From Klebsiella pneumoniae (GTDB lineage: Bacteria; Pseudomonadota; Gammaproteobacteria; Pseudomonadales; CAMAPQ01): 64,000 nt of DNA. The notes beneath the pieces are model-generated. The model saw only the letters and a list, made by a program, of their open reading frames with translations. It was not told where the DNA came from and ran no database searches. The position numbers and the translations under genes are program-made. Location of the stretch: the NCBI GenBank assembly GCA_945860125.1, contig CAMAPQ010000001.1, positions 14,187 to 78,186 on the forward strand. Direction: 5' to 3'. This document shows, in pieces, positions 27,602 to 36,831 of the stretch; positions within the stretch are counted from its first letter, which is position 1, and each line of letters starts with the position of its first letter.

Positions 27602-28564
27602 CTACTTTTCCATCCTAATCAATATAGATCTTGCGTCTTCTGGCGACGACGCTTTATGAAGCCCATTATTATCTAATACAATATAGATAAAGTTAGCATC
27701 AACCGCCAAACCTTCAGCCATGCCAAATTTAGCATCATGGTAACGATACACCTCCCCTCTCTCAATAGAGGCATAAGAAAAGCAAACTACCACTTTAAAG
27801 TCAGGAATGGTTCGCTTGCAAACTGCGTAAGCATTACGCTCTAAGGTATACAGATATTTCCCATCATAAGCCAAGTCAGACAAATCTTCTTTTTTGCCAT
27901 ACCAGCTCAAAAAAGGCGCGGAAGGCAAAAGTTGCTGCTCAATCATGAAATGCTGCCCATTATTTTTTTGTGTTAATTTAAAAACACCGCGCTCTTCACG
28001 CTCTATAGCAAGATAAAAAAAATCGTCAATTTTAACCAAGCCTTCGCCATAGGCGTTATATTTATTTAAAAAGCCTTTATCATGAAGAGGGTTATACCAA
28101 TTCACATTAAGCCAATTAGCATGTTTTTCAGTTATTTTTACAATATCGTTTTTTCTTTCACTTAAAAGATAAATATTTTCTTTGTCACAAGTAATCGCTT
28201 CAAAATCTGCCCTATCATGAGATGACAGACCATCATACCAATAAGAAATCTGCTGTAATAATGGGTAAGATACGTTTTTTTTCGGTAAATCAGGCAGTTG
28301 AATAAAAATTTTTAAAGCGGCTTTATGAGCATCACTAAAAACAACTTCATAAACAAAATGATTATTATTATCTGAAATACTAAGTAATTTATTATGACAA
28401 AAACTCAAACCAGACAGCTCAAGTCGCTCACTACCTTCCAGCAAAAAAACATCTATATTCTTAGCTTCAATCATTCTATTGTCTGCTAATAAAACTTGAG
28501 AAAAAAAGAAAGAAAATGAACCAAAGTAAAAAGCTGCTAACCAACCACTAATTTTTTTTCCCAT
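27602..28564 (-). CDS. Exported protein, possibly SdiA-regulated/YjiK-like or phytase-like beta-propeller
   Basis: 320 aa with signal-like N-terminus LAAFYFGSFSFFFSQVLLA. Pattern LELSGLSF..NKLLSISDN...VYEV and DFEAITCD..NIYLLSERKND resembles the YjiK family as I recall it. Overlaps the waaA stop by 17 nt. Confidence 0.4.
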   Translation of the reverse strand: MGKKISGWLAAFYFGSFSFFFSQVLLADNRMIEAKNIDVFLLEGSERLELSGLSFCHNKLLSISDNNNHFVYEVVFSDAHKAALKIFIQLPDLPKKNVSYPLLQQISYWYDGLSSHDRADFEAITCDKENIYLLSERKNDIVKITEKHANWLNVNWYNPLHDKGFLNKYNAYGEGLVKIDDFFYLAIEREERGVFKLTQKNNGQHFMIEQQLLPSAPFLSWYGKKEDLSDLAYDGKYLYTLERNAYAVCKRTIPDFKVVVCFSYASIERGEVYRYHDAKFGMAEGLAVDANFIYIVLDNNGLHKASSPEDARSILIRMEK

Positions 28565-29828
28565 TTAAAACCTCTGAAATAACTTCAAGCTGTCTCACAA
28601 GCGCCCCTTTATTTTTTTCTAAAATAGCCTGGGCATGCTCCATCATATAATTAACACGCTTTTCATCTTGCAATAAATCAAGCACGCTTTTTTGCAAAGA
28701 ATCGCCCTCTTTAACCTGAATAATTGCGCCAACTTCTAAAAATTGATTAACTACAGCTTCAAAATTAAAAACATAAGAACCAACGATAGTGGGAATTTTC
28801 AAGGTTAACGGCTCAATAATATTGTGTCCTCCTCGAGGAATTAGACTACCGGCAACAAAAGCAACATTACTTACACCATATAACAATAAAAGCTCGCCCA
28901 TCGTATCACCAAGCAACACCTGAATATCTGAGGTAACATCGCCTTTTAACTTTGTTTTCAGACTATAAATAAAGTTATTTTTTTCAATAAGCTGTTCAAC
29001 TTTATGGAAGCGCTCAGGGTGCCTTGGCACTAAAATTAACAGCAAATCTGGGATTTTATGAAGCAGCCGTCTATGCGCTTCTAATAATATATTTTCTTCA
29101 CCTTCATGTGTGCTAGCGGCAATCCATACTTTTCTTGAGCCTATGCGCCTTCTAAGCGCAACAATTTTTTCATTTAAATTAACCGAAAGCTGAAGATCAA
29201 ATTTAATATTACCGGTCACCGTTATTTTTTGCGCATTAACGCCTAGCGCTACAAATCGATCAGCATCCTCCTGCTCATTAGATAAAACATAACTAAACAA
29301 AGAAAAAATTTCGCGGGAAAAGCCAGTTAGTTTTTTATACTTTAAATATGATTTATGCGATAACCTTGCATTCACTAAAACAGAGGGAATATTATTTTTA
29401 CTACAAAAATAAAGCCAGTTAGGCCATATCTCAGTTTCAAAAACAATTAAAATTTTAGGGCGAACAGTACGTATAAATTTATTAATACACCAACTAAAAT
29501 CATATGGCGCATAACAATGGTGCACTAAATCTCCTAGAATTGCTTGTACCTGATGGGATGCAGTAGGTGTCATTGTTGTGATAAGTATTGGTATTTTTTC
29601 TTTTTGCAGCAAAGCACGCACCAAAGGAAGGGCTGCTAAAAATTCACCCACAGAAACAGTATGTATCCAAATGCAAGGTTGCGTTATAGGCAAGGATAAA
29701 GCAAAACGTTCGCCCACTCTTTGAGCATAATGCGGGGCACTTCTTTTTTTAAAAAAAAGACGGAGCAAAATAAACGGTAATGCGAAAATAAGGAAAAAAC
29801 TGTACAATCGCCGCCACATACTAAACAC
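28548..29828 (-). CDS. waaA: 3-deoxy-D-manno-octulosonic acid (Kdo) transferase
   Basis: 426 aa with RFG-type N-terminus YAQRVGERFAL...IWIHTVSVGE and the C-terminal GGHNIIEP motif. Confidence 0.9.
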   Translation of the reverse strand: MFSMWRRLYSFFLIFALPFILLRLFFKKRSAPHYAQRVGERFALSLPITQPCIWIHTVSVGEFLAALPLVRALLQKEKIPILITTMTPTASHQVQAILGDLVHHCYAPYDFSWCINKFIRTVRPKILIVFETEIWPNWLYFCSKNNIPSVLVNARLSHKSYLKYKKLTGFSREIFSLFSYVLSNEQEDADRFVALGVNAQKITVTGNIKFDLQLSVNLNEKIVALRRRIGSRKVWIAASTHEGEENILLEAHRRLLHKIPDLLLILVPRHPERFHKVEQLIEKNNFIYSLKTKLKGDVTSDIQVLLGDTMGELLLLYGVSNVAFVAGSLIPRGGHNIIEPLTLKIPTIVGSYVFNFEAVVNQFLEVGAIIQVKEGDSLQKSVLDLLQDEKRVNYMMEHAQAILEKNKGALVRQLEVISEVLNGKKN

Positions 29829-29837
29829 CCCATTGAT

Positions 29838-30851
29838 TTGATAATAAACAGGTTACTCTACAGTGAGAGGGATTCCGTGAAGGATAATGTCACTCAAAAT
29901 AGCAGCGCAAAAAACAGGCAGTCAAAAAAAAATAGCGCAAACAAAGAGTCTTTCTCAGATTTTTTTAACGCGCGCTACTTAGCGACATGGCTTGGTCTTG
30001 GCTTTTTATGGTTAATTCATATTCTTCCCTTTCCTTGCCAATTATACACAGGAAAAGTTTTAGGCATATTAGCCTATGCGCTTGCAAAGCGCAGGAGACT
30101 CATTACCGAAAAAAATATTGAGCTATGCTTCCCAGAGCTTTCACCTAATGATCAAAAAAAACTAGTAATACAGACGTTCATTGAAAATGCTACCGGCCTA
30201 ATTGAAACTTCCCTTACTTTCTGGGGAAATATTGAAGCCATGCGTTACCGCGTTACATTTCTAGGGCTAGAACATCTTCAAACGGCAATAAATCAAGGGA
30301 AAGGCATCATACTAATTGGCGCACACTACTCGAACCTTGATCTTGGCGGGGCTCTTTTTTCTTTATTTTCTCAGATTGATATTGTTTATAGGCCGCACAA
30401 TAATTTACTTTTTGATCTATTTTTAAGGCGCGCCAGAGCTAAGTGGGCAGATAAAGTCATCCCTAGAAACCAAATTAAAGAGGCACTTCGCACTCTAAAA
30501 CAAGGGCATGTTTTTTGGTTTCCAGCAGACCAAGACTATGGCGCCCACTCTTCAGTCTTTGCCCCTTTTTTTGGCGTAGACGCAGCAACGATTACCACAC
30601 CTTCCCGTCTTGCAAAACTATCAGGCGCACCCGTTTTAATATTGGGGCATCACCGTAAAAATGATAACTCTGGCTATATTGTTTCTACAACACCACCGCT
30701 ACCAAACTTCCCAACAGAAAGTCTTGTGGCAGATGCAGGAACAGTGAATGCTGCGATTGAAAAACAAATTCGCAAAGCGCCAGCTCAATATATGTGGGTA
30801 CATAGACGCTTTAAAACTAGAAAAGAAGGAGCGGAAAAAATATACCAGTAA
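29838..30851 (+). CDS. lpxL: Lipid A biosynthesis late acyltransferase (LpxL/HtrB family)
   Basis: RYLATWLGLGFLWL, HYSNLDLGG (HX4D-like region) and C-terminal PAQYMWVHRRFKTR. The start is uncertain: TTG at 29838 or GTG at 29877. Confidence 0.8.
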   Translation: MIINRLLYSERDSVKDNVTQNSSAKNRQSKKNSANKESFSDFFNARYLATWLGLGFLWLIHILPFPCQLYTGKVLGILAYALAKRRRLITEKNIELCFPELSPNDQKKLVIQTFIENATGLIETSLTFWGNIEAMRYRVTFLGLEHLQTAINQGKGIILIGAHYSNLDLGGALFSLFSQIDIVYRPHNNLLFDLFLRRARAKWADKVIPRNQIKEALRTLKQGHVFWFPADQDYGAHSSVFAPFFGVDAATITTPSRLAKLSGAPVLILGHHRKNDNSGYIVSTTPPLPNFPTESLVADAGTVNAAIEKQIRKAPAQYMWVHRRFKTRKEGAEKIYQ

Positions 30852-30954
30852 GCGCTTAATGTAACGAACGATGCTTGACTATTCCCATTTTGAGCAACTA
30901 AAAACGTAAGCATTAATTATGCTAAACCGCCTTCTTATCTAAGAGATATTTTTT

Positions 30955-31536
30955 GTGAACCAACTGCTTTTTTTGAACAAAACGCTTCCTACAACGATCA
31001 TTGACAATGCCAAAAAAATTAAACTGCTGGCCATTGATTGCGATGGCGTGCTTACGTCAGGGCACATTTCTTATTTAACCTCAGGCGAAGAAATTAAATC
31101 ATTCCATGTTCAAGACGGACTAGGCTTGCAACTACTACAAAAAATAGGCATAAAAACTGCCATTATCACAGGCAGAGAGAGTAATGCGCTTACGATACGC
31201 GCGAAAGAGCTTGGCATCGACTATCTTTATCAAAAGGAAAAAGACAAACTGAGTTGCTTGCGCGCACTAGCTGAGTCATTAAGTCTTTCATGCGAGGAAG
31301 TTGCCTTTGTGGGAGATGACTTACCTGACCTGCCCGCCATACTTTGGTGTGGACTAGGTATTGCAGTTGCAAACGCACATCCACTTGTTGCTCAGAAGGC
31401 TGATATTACAACTCACTTATCAGGTGGCAAGGGGGCTGTTCGCGAAGTATGCGACTTTATTCTTTCAGCAACAGATAGCCTTAAATCAATTATTGACGCC
31501 ATAACTAATGGAAAAGAATATTTCATTTCAAAATAG
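30955..31536 (+). CDS. kdsC: Kdo 8-phosphate phosphatase
   Basis: HAD motif IKLLAIDCDGVLT, plus FHVQDGLGL, ITGRES, GDDLPDL and GGKGAVREVCDFIL. Confidence 0.9.
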   Translation: MNQLLFLNKTLPTTIIDNAKKIKLLAIDCDGVLTSGHISYLTSGEEIKSFHVQDGLGLQLLQKIGIKTAIITGRESNALTIRAKELGIDYLYQKEKDKLSCLRALAESLSLSCEEVAFVGDDLPDLPAILWCGLGIAVANAHPLVAQKADITTHLSGGKGAVREVCDFILSATDSLKSIIDAITNGKEYFISK

Positions 31537-32179
31537 TGTTAAACATATCTTTCTGTCATTCTTTAATCACAATCAACGTGAGCTGTTGAGCGCGCTTAGT
31601 CTCATCACTTCGGCTTTATTTCTTTTTGGCGTATGGCATATTGATCAGTCTTCCCTTACTGAAGAATTAAACTCAAGTGAAGCGGTAACGAACAACCTCC
31701 CTACTTTTGAAATTTTTAATTTCAGCAGCCATTTTTATGATACTAAAGGCCGCGAGCAATATGAATTAAAAGCAACGTCTCTGCTTTATTTTGAACGGCA
31801 AAAATACTCTCTTATTAATAAGCCCTTACTAACACTTTTTAATTCAGATACAAGTTTGTGGCACGCAGAATCAGAAACCGGCAAAATTTTTCAATCTCAA
31901 AACAATAAAAATAATAAGGAATCATTTGGTAATAGTAAAATAGAGCTTTTTAATCAGGTTAAAATGCAGCAGTGGGAAAACAACCAACAGACAACACAAC
32001 TAAAAACTGAATACCTTAAGTATTTAACACTTGAAAATATAATTGACACAAACTTACCGGTTGAAATTAAAAAAAACGGTCATTTTTTGACATCTAACGG
32101 CTTATCTGCCGACATTAAAAATGGTGTGTATACGCTACCCAGTAAAGCACACATAAAATATCAACCTTTAACAAAATAA
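31508..32179 (+). CDS. lptC: LPS export system protein LptC
   Basis: Immediately follows kdsC as in the kdsC-lptC arrangement. It has an N-terminal membrane anchor ALSLITSALFLFGVW, and the periplasmic domain pattern P.F....F.S..YD..G...Y.L.A..L.YF is LptC-like. Confidence 0.65.
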   Translation: MEKNISFQNSVKHIFLSFFNHNQRELLSALSLITSALFLFGVWHIDQSSLTEELNSSEAVTNNLPTFEIFNFSSHFYDTKGREQYELKATSLLYFERQKYSLINKPLLTLFNSDTSLWHAESETGKIFQSQNNKNNKESFGNSKIELFNQVKMQQWENNQQTTQLKTEYLKYLTLENIIDTNLPVEIKKNGHFLTSNGLSADIKNGVYTLPSKAHIKYQPLTK

Positions 32180-32191
32180 AATCCTTTTAAA

Positions 32192-32220
32192 CTGACTTTA
32201 TTTTTTTTTTAACTTATAAT
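32192..32220 (+). promoter_or_regulatory. Sigma-70 promoter of the 6S RNA gene
   Basis: -35 CTGACT (32192..32197), a 17-nt spacer and a perfect -10 TATAAT (32215..32220). Confidence 0.7.
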
Positions 32221-32225
32221 TTCTT

Positions 32226-32455
32226 GGTATGTCTCCTGATGTGTACGTGTTTTCGTTACATCCCTGAGCCGATAAATTGATCGAATGGAGATTTTAAGTA
32301 AACGTTGATGTGCATGTCTACCGAATACGCGAGCACCTTAAAAATGCTCTTGCACGTATCCGCAGTAGAAAGCCTAATACGTTTCTGATTTCACCGCCCT
32401 GAACCTATGGGTTCATGGGACATTACGAATAGCGGCATTTTCGGGAGGCTCCTTT
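32226..32455 (+). ncRNA. ssrS: 6S RNA (ends approximate, +/- 10 nt)
   Basis: Conserved 6S blocks in E. coli order: CCCTGAGCCGATA (32262), CCTTAAAA (32336), hairpin TGAACC-tat-GGGTTCA (32400) and GGCATTTTCGGGAGG (32434). The closing stem gtctcctga (32231) pairs with tcgggaggc (32441). It lies directly upstream of the 5-formyl-THF cyclo-ligase gene, the classical ssrS-ygfA synteny. Confidence 0.85.
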
Positions 32456-32474
32456 TTATCTTAGGTGTACTTAT

Positions 32475-32498
32475 TATGTAATTACGTTATGTAATTAC
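32475..32498. repeat. Direct duplication of an 11-nt unit, each containing the palindrome GTAATTAC
   Basis: tatgtaattac at 32475..32485 and again at 32488..32498, between ssrS and the cyclo-ligase start. Confidence 0.9.
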
Positions 32499-32528
32499 AC
32501 TTCGTGACTCAATCAATGTCAAAGCACC

Positions 32529-33113
32529 ATGTTAAAGCACAATGAAAAAGCGCCCATACAAAAATTAATAATACGAAAAAAATTAAGAAAAATAAGAAAC
32601 TCTCTCAGCTTTTATTGCCAACGTCATGCAGCAAAACGAATTGCGCTTAATCTTGCCCGTATACCAAGTATCAAGCGAGCCAAAAACATTGGCTTGTATT
32701 ATCCTTGCGATGGAGAGATTAGCCCTCTTCTGATAAGCAAGATCTTAAAAAATAAAAAATTCTTTCTTCCCTCTATTCTAGATAGCTCAACAGGAAAAAT
32801 GGCATTTGCGCGCACCCCATCACACACAAAACTAAGATTAAACTATTTTAAAATTCCAGAGCCACCGAAACATTTCCCTAAAGTCTGCAGCTATAAAATG
32901 GATGTTATCTTAATGCCACTTGTTGGCTTTGACTTAAATGGAAACCGGCTAGGAATGGGAGGTGGGTTTTATGATCGCGCCCTAAAACATCTCAAAAAAA
33001 CTATTATTAAAAAACCTATAACAATAGGCGTTGCGCATTATTTTCAACAAACTGATGCCATTCCTCAAGAAGCGTGGGATATCACGGTAACTCGCGTGGT
33101 TACAGATAAATAA
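32529..33113 (+). CDS. ygfA: 5-formyltetrahydrofolate cyclo-ligase
   Basis: LRKKLRKIRNSLS, Y.P..GEISP and DVILMPLVGFDLNGNRLGMGGGFYDR. Lies downstream of 6S RNA. Confidence 0.88.
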   Translation: MLKHNEKAPIQKLIIRKKLRKIRNSLSFYCQRHAAKRIALNLARIPSIKRAKNIGLYYPCDGEISPLLISKILKNKKFFLPSILDSSTGKMAFARTPSHTKLRLNYFKIPEPPKHFPKVCSYKMDVILMPLVGFDLNGNRLGMGGGFYDRALKHLKKTIIKKPITIGVAHYFQQTDAIPQEAWDITVTRVVTDK

Positions 33114-33322
33114 GCTATCTTCCATACAAAAAACTTGCTTGGCGACCATGCCTTGGCGCATCACCTAAAGTATAATCACTTATCAAAACGCCCAAAGAAA
33201 AAACAACAAATAGCCACCATAATATATTAGGCTTCCTTTTCATTAACGCACCCAATCCTCAGAATTTGCTTATATTTTATTACTCTGAATAATTGTAGAA
33301 CGAAATAAATAAAATTATAAAA

Positions 33323-34837
33323 TCAACCTAAAAATAATTTATAAGCAGGATTTTCTGTCTCCTCCCAAAAAGGATAATCAAGGGAAACCAAATATTCACG
33401 AACTTCTTTTTGATTTTTTCTTGCCTGAAAACCGACTAAAACACGACCAAATGCACTGCCCTGATTACGATAATGAAATAAACTAATATTCCACCGAAAA
33501 CCTAAGCCGTTTAAAAAATCCATTAATGCGCCAGGACGCTCTGGAAATTCAAAGCGAAAAATAATTTCATCGTCTACATTTTGTGGCGCGCGCCCTCCCA
33601 CTAAGTGCCTAACATGAAGCTTTGACATCTCATTATCAGAAAGATCAATAACGCCATAACCCTGACACTGCAAATCTAAAATTAAAGCAGGCAATTCAAT
33701 GGTGCGGTTATTCATTTGCACGCCCACAAAAACATGCGCAGATTCTTTTGCTGAATAACGATAATTAAATTCAGTAATATTTCTTTTGCCTAGCATATGG
33801 CAAAAATCCCTAAAACTACCAGGTTGCTCTGGGATGGTAACAGCAAGTAATGCTTCTTTCTTTTCGCCCAGCTCAGTGCGCTCACAAATATAACGAAGCC
33901 GACTAAAATTAATATTTGCACCACTTACGATTGCAACAAGACAAGCACCTTTTAAGTTATTTTTTGCCACATAATTCTTAAGTCCCGCCACAGCTAACGC
34001 GCCAGCAGGTTCAGCAACAGAGCGGGTATCCTCGAAAATATCCTTGATCGCTGCACATATTTCATCAGTAGTAGCTGTAATAACTTCATCGACACAATCA
34101 ATAGCAACGGCAAATGTCTCTTTACCCATTTCCTGCACAGCCACGCCATCAGCAAAAATGCCTACAGTGGGAAGCCTAATACGTTTGCCAGCTTCCATCG
34201 CCGCCTTTAAACAAGCAGAGTCTTCTGCCTCAACCCCAATCACTTTAGTGCTAGGCGAGATATATTTAATATAAGCAGACATCCCAGCAATTAATCCACC
34301 CCCGCCAACAGGTATAAAAACAGCGTCAATAGGCTCATGGCTTTGGCGAATAATTTCCATGCCGATCGTCCCTTGCCCTGCAATCACATCTGGATCATCG
34401 TAAGGATGAACATACACATAACCATGCTCAGCCTGTAACTTTAATGAGTGGGTATAAGCAACATCAAATGTATCGCCGTGAAGCACAACTTCTGCCCCCC
34501 TAGCACGCACAGAGGCCACTTTAATTTCTGGCGTTGTAACCGGCATGACAATCACAGCTTTCAATGCCAGCTTTTCTGCGGCTAAAGCAACACCTTGGGC
34601 ATGATTACCCGCAGAAGCCGTAATAATGCCGCACTTTTTTTGCTCTGCTGAAAGCTTCGAAATTTTGTTATAGGCACCCCGCAGTTTAAATGAAAAAATG
34701 GGCTGTAAATCTTCTCTTTTTAACCAGATTTGATTGCCACACTTCTGAGATAAGCAGCGCGCAAAATCCAAAGGACTTTCAATGGCAACATCGTAAACGT
34801 TTGCCTGTAAAATTTTTTTAATGTAACTTTCTTTCAT
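33323..34837 (-). CDS. ilvA: Biosynthetic threonine dehydratase (threonine ammonia-lyase)
   Basis: PLP motif FSFKLRGAYN and GGGGLIAG, plus two C-terminal ACT-like regulatory repeats. 504 aa. Confidence 0.93.
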   Translation of the reverse strand: MKESYIKKILQANVYDVAIESPLDFARCLSQKCGNQIWLKREDLQPIFSFKLRGAYNKISKLSAEQKKCGIITASAGNHAQGVALAAEKLALKAVIVMPVTTPEIKVASVRARGAEVVLHGDTFDVAYTHSLKLQAEHGYVYVHPYDDPDVIAGQGTIGMEIIRQSHEPIDAVFIPVGGGGLIAGMSAYIKYISPSTKVIGVEAEDSACLKAAMEAGKRIRLPTVGIFADGVAVQEMGKETFAVAIDCVDEVITATTDEICAAIKDIFEDTRSVAEPAGALAVAGLKNYVAKNNLKGACLVAIVSGANINFSRLRYICERTELGEKKEALLAVTIPEQPGSFRDFCHMLGKRNITEFNYRYSAKESAHVFVGVQMNNRTIELPALILDLQCQGYGVIDLSDNEMSKLHVRHLVGGRAPQNVDDEIIFRFEFPERPGALMDFLNGLGFRWNISLFHYRNQGSAFGRVLVGFQARKNQKEVREYLVSLDYPFWEETENPAYKLFLG

Positions 34838-34862
34838 CTAAACCTCTAAAATTAACTATTCT

Positions 34863-35594
34863 ATGTCCAATCGGAGAATTATGAATACTGTAAACCAAGA
34901 ATCATTAAAAGAAAAAGTAGCGCTGGCAGCCATCGATTATTTAAAACGTAATCTGCATGATGAGCAATCAGTCTTAGGCATAGGAACAGGCTCAACGGTA
35001 GATCATTTTATTAGAGCATTAGGCAAAATAAAGCCCCTTTTTTCAGCTGCGGTTGCAAGCTCCGAGCGCTCAGCAATGCTATTAAAGGAAATGGGAATCC
35101 CTGTTTATGACCTAAATAGCGTGCATGATATTCCTTTTTATATCGATGGTGCCGATGAAGCAGACGCTAGCTTGAATTTAATTAAAGGCGGCGGCGGTGC
35201 ACTGACACGAGAAAAAATTATTGCTGCCGTTGCCAAAAAATTTATTTGCATCGTTGACCAATCAAAATGCGTTCCCGTGCTAGGCAAGTTTCCCTTGCCT
35301 ATTGAAGTTATCCCTATGGCGCGCAGCTATGTTGCACGCCAAATTATCAAGTTAGGCGGTAACCCCGTCTACAGGCAAGGCTTTACAACAGATAACGGCA
35401 ATATTATTTTAGACGTTCATCATCTTATCATTGCTGAGCCTCTTGCTTTAGAAGAAACAATAAATAATATACCTGGCGTTGTAACGGTGGGATTATTTGC
35501 GCGCCGCAAAGCAGATTTATTAATGGCGGCCGTTAAAGAAGGCGTTAAAGTAACACACGCGGGCAGTAGGCATATTGAAATGTATACGCCATAA
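34863..35594 (+). CDS. rpiA: Ribose-5-phosphate isomerase A
   Basis: [33 protein letters not shown] and [10 protein letters not shown]. The start may be the ATG at 34881. Confidence 0.92.
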   Translation: MSNRRIMNTVNQESLKEKVALAAIDYLKRNLHDEQSVLGIGTGSTVDHFIRALGKIKPLFSAAVASSERSAMLLKEMGIPVYDLNSVHDIPFYIDGADEADASLNLIKGGGGALTREKIIAAVAKKFICIVDQSKCVPVLGKFPLPIEVIPMARSYVARQIIKLGGNPVYRQGFTTDNGNIILDVHHLIIAEPLALEETINNIPGVVTVGLFARRKADLLMAAVKEGVKVTHAGSRHIEMYTP

Positions 35595-35646
35595 AAGAGT
35601 GATCGCAACAAAACACTTTTTCAAACTATAAAAAATCGCACTAAAA

Positions 35647-35691
35647 AAGAGCACAAATACACTCATAAAATATAAGTGTATTTGTGCTCTT
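35647..35691. terminator. Perfect 17-bp inverted repeat (stem-loop) after rpiA and upstream of the globin gene
   Basis: AAGAGCACAAATACACT - 11 nt - AGTGTATTTGTGCTCTT. It is preceded by an A-run and has no strong T-run after it, so it could be a terminator or an operator. Confidence 0.55.
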
Positions 35692-35742
35692 AATCTAGAC
35701 TGTAAACGTGAGGATACTAAAACACTAAAAAGGATTTTAATA

Positions 35743-36144
35743 ATGGATCAAAATCAAATTAATTTGGTAAAAAATAGCTTTAATGAAATGAAACCACAAG
35801 CCGACAAACTTGTTGATTTATTTTATGGCAATCTTTTTAAAAATGCACCGAATTTTATCCCCCTATTCCCCAGCGATATGACTGAGCAAAAGAAAAAGCT
35901 GATTGCAGCGTTAGTTGCTGTTGTAACCTCTCTTGATAATCTAGAAAAAATTCTGCCGGTTATTGAAGACTTAGGGCGAAAACATACACAAAAATTTGGC
36001 GTTAAACCAGAAGATTATAACGTTGTAGGTGGTTCACTTATTCAAAGCATGCAGACACTAATGGGCGAAAAATTTACCAAAGAAGTAGAAAACGCTTGGG
36101 AAACCGCCTATGGCATTCTTGCTTCCGTAATGATTAAAGCATGA
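35743..36144 (+). CDS. Single-domain bacterial globin (Vgb/Cgb-like 3-on-3 haemoglobin)
   Basis: 133 aa with SF..........L...FY..LF...P....LF near the N-terminus. The proximal-His region is LGRKHTQKFGVKPEDY (family pattern KH...GV.PEHY). Confidence 0.75.
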   Translation: MDQNQINLVKNSFNEMKPQADKLVDLFYGNLFKNAPNFIPLFPSDMTEQKKKLIAALVAVVTSLDNLEKILPVIEDLGRKHTQKFGVKPEDYNVVGGSLIQSMQTLMGEKFTKEVENAWETAYGILASVMIKA

Positions 36145-36153
36145 CATCTCTTT

Positions 36154-36210
36154 GCGAAGGGTAATATAATCACGCGGTTATCCACATACCTTTTATTATA
36201 TTACCCTCGC
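36154..36210 (+). terminator. Stem-loop terminator after the globin gene
   Basis: GGGTAATATAAT ... ATTATATTACCC (12 bp perfect, extended by CGA/TCG) with a 24-nt loop. Confidence 0.55.
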
Positions 36211-36222
36211 GAACAAGCACCC

Positions 36223-36801
36223 ATGAATGAAAAAAGCCTTACTTCTTTGCGAATTATTTCTGGAAAATGGAAAAGATCAAAAATTGATTTTATAACAAAG
36301 CCCGGCTTAAGACCGACCGGTGATAGGTTACGCGTTACACTATTTAACTGGCTAATGAATGAAATTGTAGGCGCTCACTGCCTTGATCTTTTTGCAGGCT
36401 CGGGCATTTTAGGCATGGAAGCACTATCTCGAAATGCAGCAAGCACCTTATTTGTTGAAAAAGACAAAGATGTCTGCCAATACATGCAACAGCATTTAGC
36501 GCGATTAAAAGCAGAAAATTACCAAATACTGTGTACCGATGCTTTTATCTTCTTAAAAAAACCTGACGCACAATATCTCAATAAGTTTAATCTCATCTTT
36601 TTAGATCCTCCTTTTCACAAAGACTGGATGAAGTCTGTTTGTGTGTTACTGGAAGAGTCACATCTTCTCGCGCCAGGGGCTTTTATATATCTTAAAATAG
36701 AACGAGAACATGGCTCATTTGAAACGCCTACCTCATGGCATCTGATTCGAGAAATGACAACACAACAAACACAGTGCTATTTATATCGTCATACACCATA
36801 A
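36223..36801 (+). CDS. rsmD: 16S rRNA (guanine966-N2)-methyltransferase
   Basis: LRIISGKWK...........RPT.DR.R..LFNWL, LDLFAGSG and DPPF. Confidence 0.88.
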   Translation: MNEKSLTSLRIISGKWKRSKIDFITKPGLRPTGDRLRVTLFNWLMNEIVGAHCLDLFAGSGILGMEALSRNAASTLFVEKDKDVCQYMQQHLARLKAENYQILCTDAFIFLKKPDAQYLNKFNLIFLDPPFHKDWMKSVCVLLEESHLLAPGAFIYLKIEREHGSFETPTSWHLIREMTTQQTQCYLYRHTP

Positions 36802-36831
36802 TTACAAAATATATTTTTATAGGGGCAGGCT

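Noticed and set aside
36176-36184. Perfect DnaA-box consensus TTATCCACA in the loop of the post-globin hairpin
   Set aside because: It is a single isolated box with no cluster, no AT-rich unwinding element and no dnaA/gidA context. It is most likely chance. The atpI upstream region (63245..63623) also lacks DnaA-box clusters, so no oriC is called.
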